This document shows positions 51,303 through 60,868 of a stretch of 61,591 nt of DNA, in pieces. Within the stretch, counting starts at the first letter, position 1. Each line of letters opens with the position of its first letter. A program made the position numbers and the translations under genes. The DNA comes from Solirubrobacterales bacterium (GTDB lineage Bacteria; Actinomycetota; Thermoleophilia; Solirubrobacterales; 70-9). The stretch covers positions 1-61,591 of the forward strand of contig DASYJK010000100.1 in NCBI GenBank assembly GCA_035996525.1, in the 5' to 3' direction. The notes beneath the pieces were generated by a model. It saw only the letters and a program-made list of their open reading frames with translations. It had not been told where the DNA came from and searched no databases.

Positions 51303-52253
51303 ATGAGCATCCTCGACGACGCAATCCGAGAGCACCTTGAACTGAAGCGCGCCCATGGCGCGGACGAAGCCGAGGTCAAAAGGCTCGAGGACGAGGCCTT
51401 CGGGCCGCCGCGGCGACCGGATGAGCACGACCCGTTTGCCGAGGCGCCGACCGAGTTCCTGGTCGCGCCCGAGGTCGACGCGGGGGAGCAGCCCGACGGG
51501 GAACCGGGCGAGCGCCGCGTCCCCAACATCGCCGATCTGCAGGAGGCGCCCGAGCCGCGCCAGGCCCCCCAGCCCGCTGAGCCGATCGCCGACGCCGGCC
51601 CCTCGACCGAGGAGCGCCACGCGATCGCCGACCAGCCGACCGAAATGTTCGACGTCGAGGCCCAGTTCGAGGACGCCGCCACCGAGTCCGACGCGCCCTC
51701 CGACGAGGAGCTGGTCGACGCCGAGCTGGCCGAGCCGCGGCTCGCCCCGGTCGATCCGCTCGCCGGGATCGAGGCCAGCGTCGGCACCACCGCCGACGCG
51801 CCCGCCGATCCCGCGCCTGCAGAGGACGAGCCGGCCGACGAATTCGACGAGTTCTTCAGCGAGCAGCGCCTCTCCGACGAGCTCAACCAGGCGCTGGAGG
51901 CGCCGCTCCCGGACGAGCCCGGCGCCTCCGCCACCGAGGAAGCCCCGGCCGTCTTCATCGACCTCGACGACGAAGAGGACGCGCCCGCGCCCGTGACCGA
52001 GGTCGCCTTCGAGGACGAGGAGCTCGAGGACGAGGAACCCTCTGCCGAGTACGAGATCGCCGAGCCTGAGGCGCCCGCCGCGCCCGAGGTCCCGGCCGAG
52101 CCGGAGGAAGACACCCCGCTCCCGCCCGCCGCCTCCAGCTCCCAGCACGAGGACGTGCTCGAGGACACCCCGGAGTTCCTCGAGGGCGCCCCCGAGGACG
52201 ACGAGCTCTGGTTCGAGCAGAAGCCGCCGAAGGATTTCGACTTCGACGATTAG
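51303..52253 (+). CDS. Highly acidic, low-complexity conserved hypothetical protein
   Basis: Ordered N-terminus MSILDDAIREHLELKRAHG, long D/E/P/A-rich middle, C-terminus DDELWFEQKPPKDFDFDD. Confidence 0.65.
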   Translation: MSILDDAIREHLELKRAHGADEAEVKRLEDEAFGPPRRPDEHDPFAEAPTEFLVAPEVDAGEQPDGEPGERRVPNIADLQEAPEPRQAPQPAEPIADAGPSTEERHAIADQPTEMFDVEAQFEDAATESDAPSDEELVDAELAEPRLAPVDPLAGIEASVGTTADAPADPAPAEDEPADEFDEFFSEQRLSDELNQALEAPLPDEPGASATEEAPAVFIDLDDEEDAPAPVTEVAFEDEELEDEEPSAEYEIAEPEAPAAPEVPAEPEEDTPLPPAASSSQHEDVLEDTPEFLEGAPEDDELWFEQKPPKDFDFDD

Positions 52254-52288
52254 CCGAGGCCGGCGGCGGGCATGAGTAGGTTGCCCGC

Positions 52289-53254
52289 ATGAGTGTCGAC
52301 TTCGCCATCGAAGCTGAGGGGCTGCGCAAGTCCTACAAGGACGTGTGCGCGCTCGACGGCGTCGACCTGCGCGTCCCGGCCGGCACCGTGCTCGGGCTGC
52401 TTGGGCCCAACGGCGCCGGCAAGACGACCGCGGTCCGCATCCTCACCACCCTGCTCCCGCCCGACGGCGGCAGCGCCCGTGTTGCCGGGCTCGACGTCGC
52501 CAGCCAGGCGCCGCAGCTGCGCTCGAAGATCGGCCTCGCCGGCCAGTACGCGGCGGTCGACGAAAACCTCACCGGGGCCGAGAACCTGGAGATGGTCGGC
52601 CGCCTCTACCACCTGCCCAAGGGCGAGCCGCGCGCCCGCGCCGCCGAGCTGCTGGAGCGCTTCGACCTCAGCGACGCCGCCGACCGCCTCGTCCGCACCT
52701 ACTCGGGCGGGATGCGGCGGCGCCTCGACCTCGCCGCCGCCCTGGTCGCCCGGCCACCGGTCCTCTTCCTCGACGAGCCAACCACCGGACTTGATCCGCG
52801 CAGCCGCATCGCCCTCTGGGAGACGATCGAAGGCCGGGTCGCCGACGGCACCACGGTGCTGCTCACGACTCAGTACCTGGACGAGGCCGACCGCCTCGCC
52901 GACCGGATCTCGGTGATCGACCGCGGTCGCGTGATCGCCGAGGGCAGCTCCGACGAGCTCAAGGACCAGCTCGGTGGCGAGCGGCTCGACGTCACCCTCG
53001 AGGACGTCGCCGACGCCGAGGCGGCGATCGCGGCGCTGGAGCCGATCGCCGCCGAGCGCCCGACCCTGGTCGACGGGGTTCTGCGGATGCCGATCCACCA
53101 GCGCAAGGGCACGATCGGGGCGGCGGTGCTGCGGCTGAACGACGCCGGCATCGGGATCGACGACGTGGCGATGCGCCGCCCCTCGCTCGACGAGGTCTTC
53201 CTCACCCTCACCGGCCACACGGCCGAGGAAGAGGAAGGGGAGGAGGAGGGATGA
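52289..53254 (+). CDS. ABC transporter ATP-binding protein (DrrA-like)
   Basis: GLLGPNGAGKTT (Walker A), YSGGMRRRLDLA (signature), VLFLDEPTTGLD (Walker B). Confidence 0.9.
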   Translation: MSVDFAIEAEGLRKSYKDVCALDGVDLRVPAGTVLGLLGPNGAGKTTAVRILTTLLPPDGGSARVAGLDVASQAPQLRSKIGLAGQYAAVDENLTGAENLEMVGRLYHLPKGEPRARAAELLERFDLSDAADRLVRTYSGGMRRRLDLAAALVARPPVLFLDEPTTGLDPRSRIALWETIEGRVADGTTVLLTTQYLDEADRLADRISVIDRGRVIAEGSSDELKDQLGGERLDVTLEDVADAEAAIAALEPIAAERPTLVDGVLRMPIHQRKGTIGAAVLRLNDAGIGIDDVAMRRPSLDEVFLTLTGHTAEEEEGEEEG

Positions 53255-54024
53255 GCGGCTTCCGCTACGCCCTCTCCGACACCCTGGTCCTGGCCAAGCG
53301 CAGCCTCCTGCGGATCCCCCGGGCGCCCGACCTGCTGCTCTCCTTCACCGTGCAGCCGATCATGTTCGTGCTGCTCTTCGCCTACGTCTTCGGCGGCGCG
53401 ATCGAGACCCCCGGCTACAGCTACATCGACTTCCTGATGCCGGGGATCATCGTCCAGACGATGTCCTTCGGCGGCTTCATCACCGCCCTCGGCCTCTCCG
53501 AGGACCTGAAGAAGGGCCTGATCGACCGCTTCCGCTCGCTGCCGATGTCCCGCGGCGCCGTCCTCGCCGGCCGCACCCTGGGCGATGTCGCCACCAACTC
53601 GATCTCGATCACGGTGATGCTCGTGGTCGGCGTCATCGCCGGCTTCTCCTTCGACGCGCCTCTGCTCCACATCGTCGCCGGCATCCTGCTCCTGCTGCTC
53701 TTCGGCTACGCCTTCTCCTGGGTCTTCGCCTTCGTCGGCCTCACCTCGAGCTCGCCCGAGGCCGCCCAGTCGCTCGGCTTCATCGTCATCTTTCCGCTCA
53801 CCTTCGTCTCCTCCGCCTTCGTCCCGGTCGAATCGATGCCCGGCGCGCTCCAGGCCTTCGCCGAAGTCAACCCCTTCACGATCGTCGTCGACGCCATGCG
53901 CTCGCTCTTCCTCGGCGCCCCCGCGGGCAACGATGTCTGGGGAGCGGTTGCCTGGTCCCTCGGCATCGCCGCCGTCTTCGCCTCCCTCTCCGTGCGTCGC
54001 TACAAACGCGCCGTCGTTCGCTGA
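53251..54024 (+). CDS. ABC-2 type exporter permease (DrrB-like)
   Basis: ATGA overlap with the ATPase gene; 6 TM helices, typical ABC-2 layout. Confidence 0.85.
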   Translation: MSGFRYALSDTLVLAKRSLLRIPRAPDLLLSFTVQPIMFVLLFAYVFGGAIETPGYSYIDFLMPGIIVQTMSFGGFITALGLSEDLKKGLIDRFRSLPMSRGAVLAGRTLGDVATNSISITVMLVVGVIAGFSFDAPLLHIVAGILLLLLFGYAFSWVFAFVGLTSSSPEAAQSLGFIVIFPLTFVSSAFVPVESMPGALQAFAEVNPFTIVVDAMRSLFLGAPAGNDVWGAVAWSLGIAAVFASLSVRRYKRAVVR

Positions 54025-54068
54025 GCAGCTTGGGCCGGCGGGATGAGGCCGCTTACAATTTGCGGCGA

Positions 54069-54141
54069 GGGGCCATAGCTCAGCTGGCAGAGCGTCGCGT
54101 TTGCAACGCGAAGGCCGCGGGTTCGAATCCCGCTGGCTCCA
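54069..54141 (+). tRNA. tRNA-Ala (anticodon TGC)
   Basis: GGGGCCA/TGGCTCC acceptor with G3:U70, anticodon loop TTTGCAA, T arm GCGGG-TTCGAAT-CCCGC, discriminator A. Confidence 0.9.
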
Positions 54142-54176
54142 CTATCTCGATTTGAGCCTCGGTATATGGTCGGGGT

Positions 54177-54665
54177 ATGGCAAGTAATAAAGGGAGTTCG
54201 ATACGCGGGCCGATCGCCTGGTTGGGCGACCACTTGGTCAGCGCGATCGTGAGCTTCTTCGTGGCCCTTTTGCTGGGCGGCTTACTGGTCGCCGACAGCG
54301 GCTCCAAGGGCGGTACGGCACACTCCGCAAGCTTGCACCCTCAACACACCCCCAAGCCGATCAACGATCGGGTGCATCTGGACAGCTGGCCTGACGGTGT
54401 CTCCGCTTGGACCGTCGTACTTGCTTCGGCCCCGACTCACGGCCAGGCGGAGGCGAGCCTCGATCTGGCGAGGCGGATATCGAGTCGAGGGTTAAACCTG
54501 GGAGTCCTGCGTTCAGACGATTACGTGGATCTGGACAGTGGCTACTGGGTTGCCTTTGCGGGACAGTTTGATGATGTGGGGGAAGCCCAGCGCGAGGCGG
54601 ATCGCTACCGCGGCCTCTTTCCAACTTCCTACCAACGCTTTATCGAGGAAAGTAGCGCCGGTTAA
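54177..54665 (+). CDS. Membrane-anchored protein with SPOR-like C-terminal domain
   Basis: One TM (LVSAIVSFFVALLLGGLLV); C-term WTVVLASAPTHGQAEA...GYWVAFAGQFDDVGEAQREADRY resembles SPOR repeats. Confidence 0.5.
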   Translation: MASNKGSSIRGPIAWLGDHLVSAIVSFFVALLLGGLLVADSGSKGGTAHSASLHPQHTPKPINDRVHLDSWPDGVSAWTVVLASAPTHGQAEASLDLARRISSRGLNLGVLRSDDYVDLDSGYWVAFAGQFDDVGEAQREADRYRGLFPTSYQRFIEESSAG

Positions 54666-54676
54666 AGGCGCGGCGC

Positions 54677-55648
54677 CTAAGCGATCAGGCTCTCGGCCCG
54701 CTTGCCCTCCGGCAGGTTCTGGTCCGCGTGGTAGCTGCTGCGCACCAGTGGCCCTGACGCGACGGACTCGAACCCCAGGTCGTACGCCACTTTCTCCAGG
54801 GCGGCGAACTCGTCGGGGTGCCAGTAGCGGACCACCGGGAGGTGGTTCTCGGTCGGGCGCAGGTACTGGCCGACGGTGAGGACCTGGACGCGGTGTTCGC
54901 GGAGCAGGCCGAAGGTCTCGACCATCTCCTCGAAGCTCTCGCCGAGGCCGACCATCAGGCCGGACTTGGTGACGACGTCGGGGCCGCCCATCTCCTTCGC
55001 CATCCGCAGGACGCGGGCGGAGCGGAGGAACTGGGAGCCGCGGCGGGCGACGGGATAAAGGCGGGGCACGGTCTCGACGTTGTGGTTGAAGACGTCGGGC
55101 TTCTCGTGCACGACCTTGGCCAGCGGCATCTCCTGGCCGCGGAAGTCGGGGGTGAGGATCTCGACCTTGCAGCTCGGCGCCAGCATCCGGATCGAGCGGA
55201 TCACGCCGACGAAGGCGCTCGCCCCGTAATCGGGCAGGTCATCGCGGTCGACCGAGGTGACGACTGCGTGGCGCAGCCCCATCGCCTTCACCTGGTTGGC
55301 GACGCGCAGCGGCTCCAGCGGGTCGTTCCAGCTCGGCTTGCCGGTCTGCACGTTGCAGAAGCCGCAGCGGCGGGTGCAGACGTCGCCGAGGATCATGAAG
55401 GTCGCGGTGCCGCGCTCCCAGCACTCGCCGACGTTGGGGCAGTTGGCCTCCTCGCAGACCGTGTGCAGGTTGTCGGAGCCGATCGTCGCCTTCAGGCGCC
55501 GGTAGTTGGGGCCGCCCGGGGCCGGCACCTTCAGCCACGGCGGCTTGCGGGCGCGCTTGAAGGGGACGGTGCCGTCGGCGTCGCTGGCGGTGCCGCCCGG
55601 CTTGGCGCGGGAGCGGGTGACGTGGATGCGCTCGGAGACCTCGGTCAC
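54677..55648 (-). CDS. lipA: Lipoyl synthase
   Basis: CEEANCPNVGECW and CTRRCGFCNV (two Fe-S cluster motifs), SGLMVGLGE; GTG 55648 just after the lipB stop; the longer listed ORF (to 56437) is an artefact. Confidence 0.9.
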   Translation of the reverse strand: MTEVSERIHVTRSRAKPGGTASDADGTVPFKRARKPPWLKVPAPGGPNYRRLKATIGSDNLHTVCEEANCPNVGECWERGTATFMILGDVCTRRCGFCNVQTGKPSWNDPLEPLRVANQVKAMGLRHAVVTSVDRDDLPDYGASAFVGVIRSIRMLAPSCKVEILTPDFRGQEMPLAKVVHEKPDVFNHNVETVPRLYPVARRGSQFLRSARVLRMAKEMGGPDVVTKSGLMVGLGESFEEMVETFGLLREHRVQVLTVGQYLRPTENHLPVVRYWHPDEFAALEKVAYDLGFESVASGPLVRSSYHADQNLPEGKRAESLIA

Positions 55649-55650
55649 GG

Positions 55651-56370
55651 TTAGGACCTGAGCGTAGCGGCCGGCAGCTCCAGGCCCAGATCGGCCGGAT
55701 CGGTGGCGCGCGGGACGCGGTCGTAGACGGCGCCGAAGCGGGCCGCGACCGTGTCGGCGAACGCGCCCAGGTCCTGCTCGGCGTCGAGCTCGCGCGAGAG
55801 CGAGGTCATCGCCACCCCCTCGATCCCGCAGGGGACGATCCACTCGAACGGCTGCAGGTCGTTGCTGATGTTGACCGCCAGTCCGTGGGTGGTGACGCCG
55901 CGGCCGACGTGCACCCCGATCGAGCCGATCTTGCGACCGGCGGTTCGGGCGGCGCCGCGCGTCCAGACGCCGGTCAGGCCCTCGATCAGGCCCGCCTCGA
56001 CGCCGTGCTCCGCGAGCGCCTCGATCATCACCCGCTCCAGGCGCCGCACGTACTCGAGCACGTCGTCGCCGTAGGGGCGCAGGCTCACGATCGGGTAGGC
56101 GACCAGCTGGCCGGGGCCGTGGTAGGTGACGCGGCCGCCGCGGTCGGTGTCGCGCACTTCGATCCCCTGCATCTCGTACCACTGGGCGCCCATCGGCAGC
56201 TCCTCGGGGCTGGAGCGGCGGCCGCGGGTGTAGACGGGCGGGTGCTCGAGCAGCAGCAGGACGTCGGCGATCTCCCCGCGCTGGCGGCCCTCCGCCAGGC
56301 GCCGCTGGGCCTCGCGCGCCTCCTCGTAGGGGACGATTCCGCAGCGGACAACCAGGATCTCGGCGCTCAC
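55651..56370 (-). CDS. lipB: Octanoyltransferase
   Basis: LLLLEHPPVYTRGRR, GGRVTYHGPGQLVAYPI, KIGSIGVH, CG motif. Confidence 0.9.
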   Translation of the reverse strand: MSAEILVVRCGIVPYEEAREAQRRLAEGRQRGEIADVLLLLEHPPVYTRGRRSSPEELPMGAQWYEMQGIEVRDTDRGGRVTYHGPGQLVAYPIVSLRPYGDDVLEYVRRLERVMIEALAEHGVEAGLIEGLTGVWTRGAARTAGRKIGSIGVHVGRGVTTHGLAVNISNDLQPFEWIVPCGIEGVAMTSLSRELDAEQDLGAFADTVAARFGAVYDRVPRATDPADLGLELPAATLRS

Positions 56371-56403
56371 TCTTGAAATCGTTGCAGGACACGCCCGTAT
56401 CCT

Positions 56404-58026
56404 TTGCCGTCCCCCCTGATGGTCCAGTCAAAGCCACTCCGCCCTGAATGGCTCCCGGCCGTCGCCCTCAGCTCCCTGCTGGCGCTGGCGATGTTGCTCT
56501 GGAGCCCGCCCGTCGGCGACCTCGCCGCGCAGGTCTTCCGCACCGAGCTGTTCAAGCAGGCGGGCCTGGCGATCTGGAACGGCAGCTGGTACGGCGGCCA
56601 CTACACCCTCACCTACAGCGTCCTCTTCCCGCCGCTGGCGGCGCTGATCGGCCCGCAGATCGTCGGCGGGCTCGCCGTCGTCTCCTCCTCCTACCTCTTC
56701 GACCGCCTGGTCCGCGACCGCTGGGGGGTGGAGGCGCGCTGGGCGACCCTCTGGTTCGCCGCCGGCGTGGTCACCCTGCTGGCCGACGGCCAGCTCACCT
56801 TCGCGCTCGGGGTCGCCTTCGGCCTCGGCTCGCTGCGCGCCCTGCAGACCGGGCGCTCGCCGCTGGCCCTCGCCGCCGCCGCGGCCTGCGCCCTGGCCAG
56901 CCCGGTCGCCGCCGCCTTCCTCGCCGGCGTCGTGCTGGCGGGAGCGGTGGAGCGGGGGAGCCGCGCCAGCCGCGCCGCGCTCGCCGTCGCCGGCCTGGCG
57001 CTGGCGCTGACCGTCGTCCCCAACCTCGCCTTCCCGGAACCGGGCACCTTCCCCTTCGCCTTCACCTCCTTCATCGCGATCCCGCTCTTCTGCGGCGGCG
57101 CCCTCTTCGTCATCCGCGGCCTGCCGGAGGAGCGGCAGCTGCGCCGGGTCCTGGTCGGCTACGTGCTGGCGGCGACGCTGATCTGGCTGGTCCCGAACGC
57201 GATGGGCGGCAACGCGGTCCGCCTCGGCGCCCTCTTCGGCGGCCCGGTCCTGGCCGCCGTGGTGCTCGCCCGCCGTCCCCGGGTGGCGCCCTGGTTCCTG
57301 GCCCTGATCATGGCCGGCGGGCTCTACTGGCAGCTGACCGCGAGCGTCAACCAGATCGCCCGCAGCGTCGATGATCCCTCCACCTCCTCGGCCTACTTCC
57401 AGCCCGCCGCGAGCTGGCTGCGCGCGCACGGGGGGGAGGGGGCCCGGATCGAGGTGCCCCCGACCGCCAACCACTGGGAGTCGGCCTACCTGGCGCCGAA
57501 GTTCGAGCTCGCCCGCGGTTGGCTGCGCCAGCTCGACACCACCCGCGACGACGTCTTCTACGACCAGGGCGAGCTGACCGACGCCACCTACGGCGCCTGG
57601 CTGCGCCGCAACGCGATCTCCTACGTCGCCCTGCCCGATGCCCCGCTCGACTACTCCTCGGCCACCGAGCGCCGGCTGATCCTCGCCGCCCCCCCGTACC
57701 TGAGCCTGCGCTACCGCTCCTCGCACTGGCGGATCTACGCGGTGCGGGGCGCCAAGCCGCTGGTGGCGCCGCTCGGGGGCGCGCAGGCACGCACGCTCTC
57801 GGTCGGCCGCCAGGGCTTCTCGCTCGATGTCACCCACCCCGGCGAGTTCCTCGTCCGCGTCAGCTTCACTCCGTACTGGTCGATCGCCCGCGGCGCCGGC
57901 TGCATCCTCCGCCGCGGCGACTGGACCGTCGCCCGCGCCTCCCATCCCGGCGTCTTCCGCGTCGCCGCCGACTTCTCGCTGGGCCGGGCGTGGAACGCCG
58001 TCACCGGCGCCCGCAAGACCTGCTGA
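56404..58026 (+). CDS. Large polytopic membrane protein (possibly GT-C-type glycosyltransferase)
   Basis: About 10 N-terminal TM helices plus about 200-aa soluble C-terminal domain; function inferred only from topology. Confidence 0.5.
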   Translation: MPSPLMVQSKPLRPEWLPAVALSSLLALAMLLWSPPVGDLAAQVFRTELFKQAGLAIWNGSWYGGHYTLTYSVLFPPLAALIGPQIVGGLAVVSSSYLFDRLVRDRWGVEARWATLWFAAGVVTLLADGQLTFALGVAFGLGSLRALQTGRSPLALAAAAACALASPVAAAFLAGVVLAGAVERGSRASRAALAVAGLALALTVVPNLAFPEPGTFPFAFTSFIAIPLFCGGALFVIRGLPEERQLRRVLVGYVLAATLIWLVPNAMGGNAVRLGALFGGPVLAAVVLARRPRVAPWFLALIMAGGLYWQLTASVNQIARSVDDPSTSSAYFQPAASWLRAHGGEGARIEVPPTANHWESAYLAPKFELARGWLRQLDTTRDDVFYDQGELTDATYGAWLRRNAISYVALPDAPLDYSSATERRLILAAPPYLSLRYRSSHWRIYAVRGAKPLVAPLGGAQARTLSVGRQGFSLDVTHPGEFLVRVSFTPYWSIARGAGCILRRGDWTVARASHPGVFRVAADFSLGRAWNAVTGARKTC

Positions 58027-58035
58027 GAGACCGAC

Positions 58036-58476
58036 TTAGGCGTAGGTCGCCAGCCGCACCGTCTCGAAGGCGAGCACGTCGTTCGCGGCGCGACCCTCGG
58101 TCTCGGCGACCACAGTCACCTTCGCCGCTTTGACGTCGCGCTCGAGCAGGGCGCGGACCGGGTCGGTGACGGTGAGGATGCGAATCGCCGGCTCCAGCTG
58201 GTGGGCGGGCCGGAGGTCGAAGGGGTCGCACGCGGCGGGGATGTCGCAGTGGCCGACCTCGCCGAAGCAGCCGCCGTGGCCGAGGATGAAGAAGGAGCCG
58301 ACGTAGGCGCGGTGGTCGCTGCCGGCGTCGCGGTTGACGCCGCGGGGGTCGACGAAGACCCGGGCCTCGAAGGAGGCGCCGGAGTGGTCGAGGCCGTAGA
58401 AGATCAGGTCGCAGCGCTCGAAGGCGTGGTCGGCGGGCGGCAGCTCGATCGGCTCCGTGGTGAATTTCTCAACCAT
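58036..58476 (-). CDS. Hypothetical protein translationally coupled to tyrosinase (possible lid/chaperone domain)
   Basis: ATG 58476 overlaps tyrosinase stop by 8 nt; 146 aa, His/Cys-rich centre (GHGGCFGEVGHCDIP). Confidence 0.5.
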   Translation of the reverse strand: MVEKFTTEPIELPPADHAFERCDLIFYGLDHSGASFEARVFVDPRGVNRDAGSDHRAYVGSFFILGHGGCFGEVGHCDIPAACDPFDLRPAHQLEPAIRILTVTDPVRALLERDVKAAKVTVVAETEGRAANDVLAFETVRLATYA

Positions 58477-59266
58477 GACCGGGCCCTCTCGCCGCCGCGG
58501 TCGCCGCCGCGTAGTCGTAGCCGAGCTGGGAGACCTCGAGGGTGTCGCGCACCGTCATCGGGAATGGGGCCAGCGCCCGGTCGAGCAGGGAGGCGGGCAC
58601 TCCCGCGCCGGGGTGACGCAGCTGCCAGAGATACCAGAGGCGGTCGATCATCGTGTGGTGGGCCCAGAAGAGCGGGTCGTAGGCGGAGGTGGCGATGCTC
58701 CCCATCGTGCCGCCGACCCAGACGTGGACACCGTCGTGGATGCTCTCGAGCTGGGTCTGGAAGGTGAAGAAGTCACGGTTCTCGAGCACCGCCTCGACCG
58801 CCGTGACCGAGGGCAGTCGGCCCGGCCCCCCCGGCGCGCGGGTAGTTCGTTTCTGCCCCGGCGATTCCCGGCCCGACAGCTGGATCGGCGAGTCGAAGAG
58901 CGGGTTTTTCCTACCGTTCGCTTTGCGCCGGGCGTACGGTCCCGGCACCCCCTCGGAGTGGTTGGTCCAGTCCCACCAGGGCAGGGTGACCCCGGCGACC
59001 CGGTCCTGCAGCGCCTTCTCGAAGAAGTAGAGGTAGGCGCGGTGCCAGGGGAGGAACAACTCGCGGTGGTGGACGCAGGAGATCGGCAACGGCAGGCCGT
59101 GGATCCCGGCCCAGTACTGGTAGCCGCGATCGTCTCCGACCGCCTGCGCACCACTTATCGCCTGGCGGAAGTCCTCTTGCTGCCCTTGGGTGAGGCGCCG
59201 GGCGCTGCGCCGGTGGCGCAGCGCCCGCGGCGCCAGTTGAGCGGCGGGAGGCGACGCCCCGCTCAT
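58469..59266 (-). CDS. Tyrosinase (type-3 copper protein)
   Basis: CuA: HG.......H...FLPWHRAYL; CuB: HDGVHVWVGG...DPLFWAHHTMIDRLW. Confidence 0.85.
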   Translation of the reverse strand: MSGASPPAAQLAPRALRHRRSARRLTQGQQEDFRQAISGAQAVGDDRGYQYWAGIHGLPLPISCVHHRELFLPWHRAYLYFFEKALQDRVAGVTLPWWDWTNHSEGVPGPYARRKANGRKNPLFDSPIQLSGRESPGQKRTTRAPGGPGRLPSVTAVEAVLENRDFFTFQTQLESIHDGVHVWVGGTMGSIATSAYDPLFWAHHTMIDRLWYLWQLRHPGAGVPASLLDRALAPFPMTVRDTLEVSQLGYDYAAATAAARGPGHG

Positions 59267-59482
59267 GGGCGCCGCCTGGGCGTACTGGGGCTCCGTCGTT
59301 TGCCCGCCCGTCGCCGCACCATCCGCTCGCGCAGTTTCAGACTCGCGATCCCGCCCGTGGCCACCACGACCGGCGCCAGGCTCAGCGCCGTCTCCTCGAC
59401 CGGGATACCCGCGATGTGCGCGAACATTGGCGCACCATCTCAGACGCCTCCTGACTACACAAGCGTTTTCAAAAGGTGAGGT

Positions 59483-60868
59483 CTAGAGCGCCAGCGAGAG
59501 CGGCTCTTCGAGCAGCGTCCGCACCCGGGCGAGGAACTCGGCGGCGGGGGCGCCGTAGAGGATGCGGTGGTCGCAGGCGAGGGTTACACCGAGCATGTGG
59601 GCGGGGACGATCTCGCCGTCGCGGACGACCGGCCGCTGCTTGATCGCGCCGACCGCGAGGATCGCCGCTTGCGGGGTGTTGATGACGGCGCTGAAGTTGT
59701 CGATCCCGTACATCCCCAGGTTGGAGACGGTGAAGGTTCCGCCCGAGAGCTCCGGCGGCGTCACCTGGCCGTCGCGGACCTTCTGGGCGAGCGCCCGCGA
59801 CTCGGTCGCGATCTGCCGCAGGCCCTTGCGATCGGCGTCGAAGACGGTGGGGACGACGAGCGCGTCCTGGGCGGCGACGGCGACGCCGACGTTGACCCGC
59901 GAGTAGAGCTCGAAGCGGCCGTCGCGGTAGGCGCCGTTGGCCCGCGGATGCTCGCGCAGCGCCAGCGCGCAGGCTTTGACGATCATGTCGTTGAACGAGG
60001 GGACGACCTCGCCCTCGCCCGCCGTCGCCTTCAGCCGCGCCCGCGCCTCGACCGCCCTGCTCATATCGATCTCCGCTTCCAAATAAAAGTGCGGCGCCGT
60101 CGCCTTCGACTCCGACATGCGGCGGGCGATCGTGGACTGCAGCTTCGAAAGATCCTCGAACGTGGTCTGGCCCTTGGCGGTCTCGGGTGAGATGGATGAG
60201 GGACCAGCCGTTGCGCCGACGGGTCCTGCCGCGGCGGCATCCCCCACGGTGCTCGGCTGCTCCGCAGCCTCCGCGCCGCGGGGGACCCCCGCCCCCGCGT
60301 CACCCGTCGAGGCAGCGACCCGCTTGACGTCCTTCTTGACGATGCGCCCTCCCGGCCCGGATCCCTGAATGCTCGCCAGGTCCACGCCTTTCTCCTTAGC
60401 TATCCGGCGCGCGACCGGCGAAGCTTTGATCCGGTCTGAACTCTCCTCGCTCTCGGGACCGTCTGCGCCATCGGAGTCCGACTGGTCTGCTGAATCCGCC
60501 GGGGGATCAGACGATTCACCTGCGGGTGGCGGGGTGGCGGGGGTCTCCCGCGGCGCGGAGCCGCCTCCGGCGGCGAGCACCGTGGGGGATGCCGCCCCGA
60601 CAGGACCCGCAGTTGAGCGGTCCGAGCCCTCACCCGAATCCCCAACTCGCGCTATAGGACTGCCGATAGCCAGCGTCTCGCCCTCTTGAGCCAAGATCTC
60701 CGTCAGCGTCCCCGCCACGTCGCTCTCGTAAGCCATGTTCGCCTTATCCGTCTCGATTTCCACGATCTCGTCCCCGACGGCGATCTCGTCCCCGACCTGC
60801 CTCATCCAGGTCAGGATCGTGCCCTCCTCCATCGAGTCGGACAGGCGTGGCATCACGATGTCGGCCAT
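59483..60868 (-). CDS. Dihydrolipoamide acyltransferase (E2) of a 2-oxoacid dehydrogenase complex
   Basis: Lipoyl domain EIETDKANMAYES, PSBD (ASPVARRIAKEKGVDL), catalytic DHRILYGA. Confidence 0.9.
   Translation of the reverse strand: MADIVMPRLSDSMEEGTILTWMRQVGDEIAVGDEIVEIETDKANMAYESDVAGTLTEILAQEGETLAIGSPIARVGDSGEGSDRSTAGPVGAASPTVLAAGGGSAPRETPATPPPAGESSDPPADSADQSDSDGADGPESEESSDRIKASPVARRIAKEKGVDLASIQGSGPGGRIVKKDVKRVAASTGDAGAGVPRGAEAAEQPSTVGDAAAAGPVGATAGPSSISPETAKGQTTFEDLSKLQSTIARRMSESKATAPHFYLEAEIDMSRAVEARARLKATAGEGEVVPSFNDMIVKACALALREHPRANGAYRDGRFELYSRVNVGVAVAAQDALVVPTVFDADRKGLRQIATESRALAQKVRDGQVTPPELSGGTFTVSNLGMYGIDNFSAVINTPQAAILAVGAIKQRPVVRDGEIVPAHMLGVTLACDHRILYGAPAAEFLARVRTLLEEPLSLAL

Noticed and set aside
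51146-54141. The two tRNA-Ala genes 2.9 kb apart as a duplication or second att pair
   Set aside because: They are different isoacceptors (CGC versus TGC) with different stems. Only short generic tRNA segments (TTCGAAT loop, parts of the D arm) are shared, and no repeat comparable to the 44-bp one exists.
55649-56437. N-terminal extension of the lipA ORF (listed as 54677..56437, 586 aa)
   Set aside because: The extension runs out of frame across lipB and is Arg/Pro-rich. LipA homology begins at GTG 55648, right after the lipB stop.
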